From Candidatus Micrarchaeota archaeon (GTDB lineage Archaea > B1Sed10-29 > JAJRYS01), in NCBI GenBank assembly GCA_964496415.1, contig CAZBZN010000013.1, positions 414 to 18,420 on the forward strand: 18,007 nucleotides of DNA, given 5' to 3'. The position numbers and the translations under genes were made by a program. A model generated the notes under the pieces. That model worked only from the letters and a program-made list of their open reading frames with translations, was not told the DNA's origin and made no database searches. Of the stretch, positions 1-9,500 are shown piece after piece; position 1 is the stretch's first letter; every line of letters starts with the position of its first letter.

Positions 1-370
1 GTTTAAATTTTACTGAGGCTTTTTCAGTGTCACTCCATCTGTCATCAGCAGTTGCTTCTAATTTATAATCATGGCCTGGAGTTAATCCACTTATAGGGTA
101 TGAGAATTTAAACTCTTCACTTGCATCTCCGCCAGGCCACCAGCATTTTCCATCTCTTGAAAATGTCTTAACTGTTTTGCTTGTGTTAAGGTCTTTTATA
201 CTCACGGATACCCAGCAGAGATCATGGTTTCCAACTACTTTTCCTTCTATCTTGCTTTCGTTTGACAAGTAAGTGCTCTTTATTCCTTCAAAATGGATGT
301 TAAATGCACTAACTGTTGTTATAAAGAGTATTGCTGTTATTGCAAGACTTAAGTATTTTCCTATTTTCAT
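1..370 (-). CDS. Secreted/surface protein, N-terminal part (runs off the window)
   Basis: Not in the ORF track. Manual translation from ATG at 370: MKIGKYLSLAITAILFITTVSA-FNIHFEGIKSTYLSNESKIEGKVVGNHDLCWVSVSIKD...GLTPGHDYKLEATADDRWSDTEKASVKFK, open to the window edge. Signal-peptide-like N-terminus, beta-rich Ig-like composition, GGAGGT at 384-379. Confidence 0.8.
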   Translation of the reverse strand, partial: MKIGKYLSLAITAILFITTVSAFNIHFEGIKSTYLSNESKIEGKVVGNHDLCWVSVSIKDLNTSKTVKTFSRDGKCWWPGGDASEEFKFSYPISGLTPGHDYKLEATADDRWSDTEKASVKFK

Positions 371-417
371 CCTCTCTTACCTCCGTTCAGATTGTTACTA
401 TTTTTGAGTAATAACAT

Positions 418-2082
418 TTAAATACTTTTTGGTTTTGGGGATTTTCTGGTTTTTAAGGGTTTTCCACCAAGTTTTATGTAGTCGTTTGTTAGCAGAATCC
501 ATGAAATTACTATCAATACTCCTGTAAGGATTGAATTGTCTATTCTTGAGACAGCAAGTCCTGTGATTCTAACAGGACCCTGAGTGTTTTGGCTTGGAAC
601 ATTTACATTATTAGTTTGAGTTAGGCTTTGGTTTGACTGGTTTGAGGTAGTGTTTTCTTCAGTTTGAGCAGGGGTTATGCTTGTTTCATTAGTAGTATTT
701 TCTTGTTCTAATTTTGTCTTTCTGGCAACAAATCCTCCTCCACCGTTTGAAGCAGTAGCTGGTGGAATGATGCATTGTTTCTTTCCTTCTATTGTCAAGC
801 ATCCTGAAATAAGAGTGTTGTTTATTATTACAGCGTTTTCTGCACTAACATTGTTTAAGGTTGAGTTAATAATTTGTGAGCTTGTAATATTTGAGTTTGT
901 AATGTTTGAATGAGTTATTACAGTATTTCCTGTATTGATTTCCAGTGCATAGTAATTCTCATAGTACTCTCCGTCAATAGTAGTATTGATTACTGTTGAT
1001 TTTCCACCATAGTTTAAAGGAAATGAGGAAGTTGCGTTTACCATTTTTATGTTTATGAATTCTTGGTTAATTGAAGAATTTTCAGGATAAGAGGTGATTG
1101 AGAGAGCTGGAAGGATTATTGTTACTGGCTGTCCATTTAATCCCTGAATTACTGCCTTTTTTTCTTTTCCTATTATTGTGATGTTTTTGAAAGTATTCTT
1201 ATACTTGGTTAGTCTTAGTTCTATTCCGACGTAAACGTTTTCAAGTGTGATATTTTTGAATTCACTGTAACTTGTTAAGATTGAAACATAAATTCCAAGT
1301 CTTGTAGGAGAGTTTTCATCCCCTATTATTTTCACGTTTTCAACAGTTATCCTGTTTCCTTGGGTGTTTATTCCTTTTGATGAATTGATTATGAGAGTGT
1401 TTTTTAAGCTGGTTTTTGACTTCATTATTACTGCGTAACTTGAAGTGCTTTGAAGCCTGCAGTTTTCAGCAGAACCACCATGAATCAAGGTTAATATAAT
1501 TGATTTTGTTTTTATGACTGCATTGTTACAGTCAAGGTTAGAACCATTAACAGTGATGCTGACGTTTTCATAAGTAAGAGGAGCAAGCTTAACATCCTCT
1601 GTGAAATAATATTGTGAATTGTTTTCAAGAATCAGTAAGTCTTTTTCAAAGACTTTTATTTTTACTGAAGCAGTTGAGTTTGCTCCGTCATCATCAGTGA
1701 CTGTTAAGACTACGGTGTATTCTCCAGTATTATTATAAGTATGAGTAGTTGTTACTCCTGAACCAGTTGTTCCGTCTCCGAAATCCCAAGAATACTTTGT
1801 AATGCTTCCATCAGGGTCATTTGATTGTGAAGCATCAAAGCTTATTGTTAAAGGAACATTCCCATAAGTAGCGTTAGTTGTTATTACTGCGGTTGGAGGC
1901 TGGTTACTAGGAGTTATTATAGGTTGTCTTATTGGAAGAGGTTTTATTATTGGTGTTATTGGTCTAGCTATTGGAGTTTGCAGTGAAGGAGTTACTCCTG
2001 GGTTTTTAATGCTAAGGCTAAACCCAGTAACTGCTAATGTTATTAGCAGGATTCCCATCGTAAGAGTTTTTATTAATCTCAT
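418..2082 (-). CDS. Membrane-anchored surface protein with PKD domain and probable right-handed beta-helix region
   Basis: Signal peptide, Pro-rich linker, PKD signature (FDASQSNDPDGSITKYSWDFGDG...HTY...GEYTVVLTVTDDDG), Asn/Ile-rich repeats, Thr/Asn/Gln linker, C-terminal TM helix and basic tail. GGTG precedes the ATG. Confidence 0.85.
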   Translation of the reverse strand: MRLIKTLTMGILLITLAVTGFSLSIKNPGVTPSLQTPIARPITPIIKPLPIRQPIITPSNQPPTAVITTNATYGNVPLTISFDASQSNDPDGSITKYSWDFGDGTTGSGVTTTHTYNNTGEYTVVLTVTDDDGANSTASVKIKVFEKDLLILENNSQYYFTEDVKLAPLTYENVSITVNGSNLDCNNAVIKTKSIILTLIHGGSAENCRLQSTSSYAVIMKSKTSLKNTLIINSSKGINTQGNRITVENVKIIGDENSPTRLGIYVSILTSYSEFKNITLENVYVGIELRLTKYKNTFKNITIIGKEKKAVIQGLNGQPVTIILPALSITSYPENSSINQEFINIKMVNATSSFPLNYGGKSTVINTTIDGEYYENYYALEINTGNTVITHSNITNSNITSSQIINSTLNNVSAENAVIINNTLISGCLTIEGKKQCIIPPATASNGGGGFVARKTKLEQENTTNETSITPAQTEENTTSNQSNQSLTQTNNVNVPSQNTQGPVRITGLAVSRIDNSILTGVLIVISWILLTNDYIKLGGKPLKTRKSPKPKSI

Positions 2083-2115
2083 AACACCACCAGATTGTTA
2101 CTTTTTGTGAGTAAC

Positions 2116-2163
2116 AAGGTATATAAATCTTTTGGTTGGGGGCATTTAAAAACCTTTTATAAT
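2116..2163. promoter_or_regulatory. Divergent archaeal TATA/BRE-like promoter region
   Basis: AAGGTATATAAAT (2116-2128) and ATTTAAAAACCTTTTATAAT (2144-2163) lie between divergent genes. TTTTATAA is about 25-30 nt upstream of the trpS ATG at 2185, consistent with a leaderless transcript. Confidence 0.5.
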
Positions 2164-2184
2164 AAGTTACTCTTAATTTACTAC

Positions 2185-3246
2185 ATGGACCCATGGAAAA
2201 CAGAAATCCCAAAAGACTATGAAGAAACAATGAAAGAATTCGGGCTTTCAAGCATCCCAGAAGAATTAATAGAAAAAATCCCAGACAACCTGTTATTTAA
2301 AAGAAAAATAATCTTTGCTCACAGGGATCTTGATAAAATAATTCAAGCTCATGAACAAGGAAAAGACTTCGCAGTACTTACTGGAATAAAGCCAAGCAGT
2401 AACCTTCACTTAGGAAACCTTTTAGTGATAAAACAAATGCTCAGCTTTCAAAAAATGAGAGCAAAAATCTACTATGCTGTAGCAGACATTGAAGCATACC
2501 ATTCTAACAACCAAAGCCTTGAAAAAAGCCATGAAATAGCAATAGACAATATTGCTGACTTGCTCGCTTTAGGAATAAAAGAAGACAATTACTTTTACAA
2601 ACAGTCACAGGAAATACAAGTTTTAAGAGACGGTTACTTGTTTTCAAAAAACGTTACAATGAACATGATAAAAGCAATCTACGGCGAGCATGGTTTTGGT
2701 TATTACATGAGTGCTTTACTGCAAATAGGAGACATATTTATTCCACAGTCAAAAAAATTCGGAGGGCCAAAACCAGTAATTGTCCCAGTAGGCTTAGACC
2801 AAGACCCACACATAAGGCTAGCAAGAGACCTTGCACCTAAAAACAAGCTAATACCACCTGCTGCTACTTACTCAAAGCTACTACCTTCACTCACTGGAGA
2901 AGAAAAAATGAGCAAAAGCAACCCCTTAGGCATGATTTCATTAAGTGATTCCCCTGAACAAGCTGAAAAAAAAGTAATGAACGCCTTCACTGGAGGAAGA
3001 GAAAGCATTGAACAGCAAAGAAAACTAGGAGGACAGCCTGAAAAATGCAGGATCTATGACTTGTACTTGATGTTCTTTGAAGAAGATGAGAAAAAACTAA
3101 CTGAAAGATACGAAGCATGCAAGTCAGGAAAATTGCTTTGCGGTGAATGCAAAAAACAACTAGCTGAAAGAATAAAAGCTTTTCTCAAAAAACATCAGGA
3201 GAAAAAGGAAAAACTTTACTCAAAAGCAGAAGAACTGCTTTCTTAA
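2185..3246 (+). CDS. trpS: Tryptophanyl-tRNA synthetase, archaeal type
   Basis: MDPW start, HRD, TGIKPS-HLGN (HIGH equivalent), VPVGLDQDPH, KMSKS, AFTGGR and C-terminal CGECK. ATG at 2185 is preferred over the TTG at 2095 in the ORF track. Confidence 0.95.
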   Translation: MDPWKTEIPKDYEETMKEFGLSSIPEELIEKIPDNLLFKRKIIFAHRDLDKIIQAHEQGKDFAVLTGIKPSSNLHLGNLLVIKQMLSFQKMRAKIYYAVADIEAYHSNNQSLEKSHEIAIDNIADLLALGIKEDNYFYKQSQEIQVLRDGYLFSKNVTMNMIKAIYGEHGFGYYMSALLQIGDIFIPQSKKFGGPKPVIVPVGLDQDPHIRLARDLAPKNKLIPPAATYSKLLPSLTGEEKMSKSNPLGMISLSDSPEQAEKKVMNAFTGGRESIEQQRKLGGQPEKCRIYDLYLMFFEEDEKKLTERYEACKSGKLLCGECKKQLAERIKAFLKKHQEKKEKLYSKAEELLS

Positions 3247-3283
3247 CTTCTATTATTTTAACTTGAAAGAATAAGGTGGTTTC

Positions 3284-3451
3284 ATGGAGGAGTTGTTGAA
3301 GCAGATTCTTGAAGAGTTGAAAAGCCTTAGGGAAGAAGTAAAAGAAATGCATGAAGACTTGGTTGACTTGTTAAGCGAAGAAGAAGCAGAAGAAGACTCA
3401 GAACAAGTTGAAGACTTGGATTCAGAAGTTGACTGGGAAAAAGCAGAATAA
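3284..3451 (+). CDS. Small acidic protein (55 aa), coiled-coil-like N-terminus
   Basis: Below the ORF-track cutoff. MEELLKQILEELKSLREEVKEMHEDLVDLLSEEEAEEDSEQVEDLDSEVDWEKAE*. AGGTGGT just upstream; fills the trpS-aor gap. Confidence 0.7.
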   Translation: MEELLKQILEELKSLREEVKEMHEDLVDLLSEEEAEEDSEQVEDLDSEVDWEKAE

Positions 3452-3509
3452 AACTCAGTTAAATACTTTTTTATTCTGCGGGTTTCTTAAAAGGTAGTGT
3501 GGTGGTAAC

Positions 3510-5192
3510 ATGAAGCCAAGAATGCTTGACGTGAACTTGTCAGAAGAGAAGACTGAAGTCAGAGAGCTTGATGACTCTTATTTTAATGAGTGGGTTGGTG
3601 GAAGAGGATTAGGAGCAAAACTACTTAGTGAGGAAAAAGTAGAAGACATCGAACCACTGTCAGAGGAGAACGTGTTAATATTCTCTACTAGTCCTTTTGT
3701 AGGGTTGGCTCCTGCTTTTAACAGGATATGGGTTACTACTATCTCACCGCTTACTGGTTATTACTTGTGTTCAAGTGCTGGAGGGTTTTTTGCAGGAATG
3801 ATGAGGAAAGCAGGCTTTGACGTCATAAGAGTAAAAGGAAAAGCAGAAAGGCCTGTAGTGTTGGAAGTGAGTGATGGGAAAGCAGTTCTTGTTGAAGCTT
3901 TTGACTTATGGGAGAAGAGCACTGACTACGTGAGAGAAAAACTTAAGTCAAAAGGCTCAATAGCATGCATTGGTGAAGCTGGAGAGAAAAAAGTAAGGTT
4001 CGCAAGCATACAGTTTGATGAAAGAAGTGCTGGAAGAGGAGGAGCAGGAGCAGTAATGGGTTCAAAACTGCTTAAAGCAGTAACAGTAAATGGGTCATTG
4101 GAGTTTCCAGCAGCAGACTCTGAAAAAGCAAAAGAATTAATGAGAAAACTAACTGAAAAGCTTGTTAAAACTCAAGCTTCATGGGGAGAACAGGGAACTC
4201 TTTTGATATCAAGAATGGTTAATGAAGCAGACGGCTGGCCTACTAACAACTTCAGGCAGACTCATTTCAAAGACGCTGAACCATTGTACTATGAAGGCTT
4301 TAAAGACAAAATAGTTGAAAGAAGAGCTTGTTTTAACTGTCCAATTGCTTGCGCAAGATACGTAAGACATAAGGACGGAAGCTTGCATGAAGGTCCTGAA
4401 TACGAGACTGTCTGGGCTTTTGGTCCTCAAATAGGATTCAACGACCCAGAGTTAGTGATTCAAGCTAACAGGCTTTGTGACAAGCATGGCTTGGATACTA
4501 TAAACACTGGTAACATAATTGGGTGGGTCATGGAGTTAAGTGAAAAAGGGTTAATTGAAAGACAAGTCAAGACAAAAGAACAGGTTCTTGAGTTAATCAC
4601 TGATATTGCTTTTAGGCAAGGACAGCTTCCATGGGATCTTGGTGAAGGATTAAAACACGCTGCAAAAACAATAGGAGAAGAAGCTGAAAAAATAGCAATC
4701 CACCAACAAAACATGTGCTTGCCTGCTTATGATCCCAGAGCTTTTCCAGGAATGCTTTTAACTTATACTTTAGGACCAAGACACGGCTGTCACTTGAAGG
4801 CTTGGACTATTTCAAGAGAACTTAAAATGCCTTTACAGGAAAGGCTTTCAGGAAAAGGAAAAGCAAGACTAGTTAACGAGTTAATGGTTTTCAGGGCTTT
4901 TGTTGACAGTGCTTCTCATTGTTCTTTCCTTGACTTTGACGAAGAAGACTATTCAGCGTTGTTTGAAACAGTGCTTGGAGTGACGAAGACAATGGAAGAC
5001 TTTAAGTCAGTTGGTTCAAAGATTCTTGACTTGGAAAGAAGCATTGACGTGAGAAGAGGATTGACAAAAGAACAAGACACGCTTCCTTACAGGATTCTTA
5101 ACGAGCCAGTAATAGTCAATGGAAGAGAATTCAAAGCAGCAGAGGCATTTGAAGAAATGAAAAGAGAATTCTACAAGCTAAGAGGATGGTAA
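3510..5192 (+). CDS. aor: Aldehyde:ferredoxin oxidoreductase family (tungstopterin, 4Fe-4S)
   Basis: GGRGLGAKLL, SPLTG, AGFD, GRGGAGAVMGSKLLKAV, CFNCPIAC (Cx2Cx3C), GPEYET, CDKHGLDTI, YDPR, GCH (fourth Fe-S Cys), DTLP. GGTGGT RBS. Substrate subclass cannot be assigned. Confidence 0.92.
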   Translation: MKPRMLDVNLSEEKTEVRELDDSYFNEWVGGRGLGAKLLSEEKVEDIEPLSEENVLIFSTSPFVGLAPAFNRIWVTTISPLTGYYLCSSAGGFFAGMMRKAGFDVIRVKGKAERPVVLEVSDGKAVLVEAFDLWEKSTDYVREKLKSKGSIACIGEAGEKKVRFASIQFDERSAGRGGAGAVMGSKLLKAVTVNGSLEFPAADSEKAKELMRKLTEKLVKTQASWGEQGTLLISRMVNEADGWPTNNFRQTHFKDAEPLYYEGFKDKIVERRACFNCPIACARYVRHKDGSLHEGPEYETVWAFGPQIGFNDPELVIQANRLCDKHGLDTINTGNIIGWVMELSEKGLIERQVKTKEQVLELITDIAFRQGQLPWDLGEGLKHAAKTIGEEAEKIAIHQQNMCLPAYDPRAFPGMLLTYTLGPRHGCHLKAWTISRELKMPLQERLSGKGKARLVNELMVFRAFVDSASHCSFLDFDEEDYSALFETVLGVTKTMEDFKSVGSKILDLERSIDVRRGLTKEQDTLPYRILNEPVIVNGREFKAAEAFEEMKREFYKLRGW

Positions 5193-5256
5193 AACATTTC
5201 GTTCAGCGAAGTGAACAAAATGCATGTATTTCGTTCAGTAAAGTGAACAAAATGCA
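5193..5256. repeat. Tandem pair of 32-bp palindromic units (13-6-13), left of ATPase 1
   Basis: AACATTTCGTTCA-gcgaag-TGAACAAAATGCA (5193-5224) and TGTATTTCGTTCA-gtaaag-TGAACAAAATGCA (5225-5256). Confidence 0.95.
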
Positions 5257-5271
5257 AAGATTTTTAAATGA
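5249..5271 (+). promoter_or_regulatory. BRE/TATA-like block for ATPase 1
   Basis: AAAATGCAAAGATTTTTAAATGA. The TTTTTAAA element is about 25-30 nt before ATG 5292. The block is 20/23 identical to the one before ATPase 2. Confidence 0.6.
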
Positions 5272-5291
5272 TTTGTTTCTTTAATTAAAGC

Positions 5292-6506
5292 ATGGAAGAA
5301 GCAGTAATATCAAAAATCATAGCTACTAGTGAAAAGCTTATTGGAAAAGCAAAAGAATACAAGTACAAGAGATACTTGTATGAGATTATAAGAAAAACAA
5401 GCCAAGAGTTTTTCATAGGCTTTTACGGAATGCGTGGAATTGGAAAAACTACTTTATTACTTCAATTAGCTGAGAAAACAAAAGACAGCGTTTACTTTTC
5501 AGCTGACTCAACACACTTAAGACCTTTTGACTTATATGAGATAATCTCAGAACTTAAGAAAAAAGGCTATAAGACAATTTATGTTGATGAAATCCAATTC
5601 AAAGACCATTGGAAGCAGGATCTTAAAACAATTTATGATGAAAGTGAAGTAAGAGTAATATTCACTGGTTCATCAGCAATAGACATAAAAAAAGGAGCTG
5701 ACCTTTCAAGAAGAGTGTTATTGTATGAGTTAAGCCCACTTACTTTTTCAGAATACCTTATAATAAAAAGAGGAATAAAAGCACCGTTTATTAGTTATAA
5801 ACAGTTAATTTCAAAAGCAAGCGAGCTTGCTAGGCAAAACGCTGGACTGATGGAGTATCTGCCAGAATACTTAAAAGAAGGAGGAGTAGCATACCCAGGA
5901 ACTGGGGTTGAAACTTATTTAGCACTAAGGTCAGCAGTGGACAGGGCGATAAGCCATGACTTGGCAGTAATGAAAGACGTTGATGTTAGTTATCAAAACC
6001 TTGCTTATAAGTTCTTATACTTTACAGCTTCTTCAAAACCACTTGAAATAAGTTACTCTTCAATTGCTAATCATTTGGAGATATCAAAGAACACTGCAAA
6101 GTTACTAGTGTATTATCTTGAAAGAGCTGGCTTGGTTTACTCTTTCTTACCATGTCTTAAAGGTTCTTCATTAGTAAGGAAAGAACCTAAAGTTTTATTA
6201 CCAGTTCCTTTAAGAAGTTACTTTAATTGGGAGATTGGAAAAGAACCAGATAAAGGAGCTTTAAGAGAAGACTTCTTCGTACAACACATGAAACCTGATT
6301 GTTACTTAAAAGGGAAAAGAGGTGAGAAGACTCCTGATTATTTAGTTAAAGGAAAAGCTTTTGAAGTTGGAGGAGCATCTAAAACAAGATCACAAAACCC
6401 AGACTTTTTAGTATTAGATGGTTTTCCAGTAGGTGAAAAGAAAATACCATTATTTTTAATAGGATTAATAAACCCTAAAGAATTTGCAATACGTTCAGTT
6501 AAATGA
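5292..6506 (+). CDS. AAA+ ATPase (AAA_14-like) with HTH-like region and C-terminal DUF4143/PD-(D/E)xK-like domain
   Basis: Walker A GMRGIGKTT, Walker B IYVDEIQ, TGSS, DLSRR, HTH-like SYSSIANHLEISKNTAKLLVYYLERAGLV, GALREDFF, TPDYLV...FEVGG. Confidence 0.88.
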   Translation: MEEAVISKIIATSEKLIGKAKEYKYKRYLYEIIRKTSQEFFIGFYGMRGIGKTTLLLQLAEKTKDSVYFSADSTHLRPFDLYEIISELKKKGYKTIYVDEIQFKDHWKQDLKTIYDESEVRVIFTGSSAIDIKKGADLSRRVLLYELSPLTFSEYLIIKRGIKAPFISYKQLISKASELARQNAGLMEYLPEYLKEGGVAYPGTGVETYLALRSAVDRAISHDLAVMKDVDVSYQNLAYKFLYFTASSKPLEISYSSIANHLEISKNTAKLLVYYLERAGLVYSFLPCLKGSSLVRKEPKVLLPVPLRSYFNWEIGKEPDKGALREDFFVQHMKPDCYLKGKRGEKTPDYLVKGKAFEVGGASKTRSQNPDFLVLDGFPVGEKKIPLFLIGLINPKEFAIRSVK

Positions 6507-6548
6507 ACAAAATGCATGTATTTCGTTCAGTAAAGTGAACGGAATTCA
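6485..6548. repeat. Tandem pair of 32-bp palindromic units (13-6-13), right of ATPase 1
   Basis: TGCAATACGTTCA-gttaaa-TGAACAAAATGCA (6485-6516) and TGTATTTCGTTCA-gtaaag-TGAACGGAATTCA (6517-6548). 6504-6540 is identical over 37 bp to 5212-5248. Confidence 0.95.
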
Positions 6549-9500
6549 CTCAGGCCATTCAAATCCTTTCTTTTCTTTTGGTTTTTCTTCTTCTTTTTTC
6601 ATTTGCTGAAGTTTTTCCTCAAAAGGATACTTTGGCTTTTGCTTTTTCCTGTAAAACCTTAGTCTTTCAGGAAGCTTTTCATTAACCCTTTCAAGGATCA
6701 AAGTCATTTCCTCCTTAAACAACAAGTAACCTGAAACCAAAGCTGTTATTATTGCTATTATTACTGCGTAAAGAAGCCTATGAGAAGGCTTTACTTCAGT
6801 AAGCTCTATTTCCTCTTTTCTCAAAACGCTGACAATCATGACCTGAGCAGGAGCAAGAGAAACATTACCAACAGCTTTACTCACAGTATAAGTTATTGTT
6901 TTTGACTGAGAAGCATTAAGAGTCAAAGTCCAAGCAACCACAGGATCCTCTTCTATTATTGTAGGTTCTTCACTGAAAGAAATCATTGAAACATTCTCAG
7001 CTATTGTTTTCGGAATAACTTCAGTGACATTAACCTCTACTGTCTCGTTCAAGTTGTTCGTTACTATTATTCCAATCACTGAACTTGAGTTGTCTTTCTT
7101 AACTTCAACATACTTATGAACGCTAACCCCTTCACCTACTTCTTCTTTTATCTTTACTTTAAAACTAGTGCTCACGCTTCCTGCAGTGACTTTCACAGAA
7201 TACTCCCCTGGCTTTGGATTCTTAAAAGGAACCACCTTAATCAAAGCAGTTTCAGAACCATTAGCAGGAACAATTAACTGAGTAGTATTAGCTTCTAAGT
7301 CAAAGTGCTTGAACTCAGAAGCCTCTTCAACAGTTAATGAAAGAGTTTTTGACTCATCAAAATTATTCAACACTGTAACTAATACGTCAACGCTTTGGTT
7401 TTCAAGCTCAATGCTTGAAGCATTAACTTCTATGCTTAGTTTCTCCTCCTGTTGTTCTTGTACTTGTTTTGAAACAGTCAAAGAATTATTGAAAATACTA
7501 GTAATGTTCCACACTCCAGTGACAGTAACGTTTACTGAGTAAGTTCCTTCAGGAGGAGTAGGACAATTAAAACTAAAGTACCCGTTAGAGTTAGTCCTCC
7601 CAGAACACAAGTAAGAAGAATAAGAAACCTTAACATTATCAAAACTTGAGTTAGCAAGACTTACTTTGTAAGAAGTATTATCATAATACACATAACCATA
7701 AGCAGTAAAGTAAGCAAGATTAGTATTACTACTCCATGACGAAGCATTAAGCCTTAAACCTGAAGGAAGATAAACAGTCCTATAAGCACTTCCCTTATGT
7801 CCTCTTGAATCAGTAACATTAACAGTGAAGTTATAATAACCACTAAGGCTTGAAATGTTAAACAAGCAGTATCCTCCTGAAGAATTATAATAACCACTTA
7901 ACACTAAGGAAGAAGAATTATACAAGCCACAGGACACGTTAAACAAAGAAGAGTCGTTGCCGTCAACCTCACAGGAAAAACCAGAAACATTAACTACTTT
8001 TAACTGCTTTACGTAAGAACCATTATAATTAGTAAACAAGAACAAGTACTGAGTTAGGTTTTCGTTATCAGTAATCCTAAACAATGATGGGATGCTGAAG
8101 CTAATGCTTGCTGGAACAAAAGAAACATTACCCTGTTCTAAATGACTCGTGTTACTGGAAGTTACGTTAAAGTACACTGTGACGCTTTGAGAAGCATTAG
8201 AAGGAACGCCAACAGTTACTAGTACTGAAGCACTTGAAAGACTAGCAACATTAGTAACGTTAGTCTGGTTTACTGAAACACTCCAGCCAGAAACATTATC
8301 AATGCCAACATTTATAGTATAATTCTCTGTTATGTCATCATTGTTGAAAATATTCAACAGGAAAGAATAACTGCTTCCAAGAGTAAAGTTCTTGAAAGGA
8401 GAAGAAATATTAGTTGACAGAGAAAAGTAACCATAAGCAGAAAAGTTCCTTGGCTCAGCAGTACTATTCCACACTGCAAGATTACCATAAGAGTCATTAG
8501 CATACAAAGTCAAATTATAAAGACCGCTCTTAGTAGCATTAAACACTGCAGAGTAATTATTACCACCATCATAACTCATGGTCAAGTTAACAGCAGTACC
8601 GTCAACATTAACAATCTCAACCCACACGCTGGAAACATTAATATTGTCAGTAACGCCAGCAGTGAAAGTCACGTTATCATACTGGTTCACGATTACAGTG
8701 GTCTTTCCATTAACCAAAAAACTCCCTAAAGTAGGAGGAGTAGTATCAACCAAAGTAGTGAAGTTATAAGGCCCAGTAGTGTTGCAGTTGCCTGCCTGGT
8801 CGCAAACAGTAATGTTGTAATAGTAAGTAGTGCCGTTCTCTAAAGGAGACAACTGGAAGAAATGAGAAGACGCTAAAGAAGAATTACTCACAACAGTGCC
8901 AAGATCAGTTGTATTACCATAGTTTATGGAAGCATTAGTATCCTCGCTAGTGGAAAAACTAATGTTAGAGTAATTACTCCACACGCTTGAAGAAACATTA
9001 ACAATCAAAGGAGAAATGCTAAGAGTAGTGAAGTTATGAGGCCCAGTAGTATTACAGTTTCCAGCTTGGTCGCAGGCAGTGACGTTATAATAATAAGTAG
9101 TGTTCTCAAGCAAGCCAGTAATGGTAATGTTATGCTGGGTTAAGAAAGAAGAATTAGTGACAGTCGTGCCAAGAGAGGTTGTAGTCCCGTAGTTGATTGA
9201 CGCGTTAGTCTTGTTATCAGACAACTCATCAAAACAAGAAAAAACAATAGTAGCATTATGCTCTGAAATGTTAGAAGCGTTTACTGAAACAAAAGAAGGA
9301 GCAACATTGTCAACAGTAATTCCAGTGGTAGTGTTTGATACAGTCACAGTGTCATTAGAAGCATTCACTTTAACAGTTACTCCTTCAAGGTTAAGGGAAG
9401 AAGTATCCCAGGAGTAAGTGAACTCAGAACCAGCAGTATCATTAGTTCCTATTAAAGTCCAGTCAATCCCATTAGTAGAATACCAGAAACTAGCATTGTC

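Noticed and set aside
2095..2184. N-terminal extension of TrpRS in the ORF track, and ORF 2018..2251 (-)
   Set aside because: This is AT-rich divergent promoter sequence; the protein-like sequence begins at MDPW (2185).
5193..6548. CRISPR array or integron attC interpretation of the 32-bp units
   Set aside because: The units abut with no unique spacers and there are no cas genes. The AAC...GTT junction palindrome is only ~26 bp, much shorter than attC, and no integrase is present.
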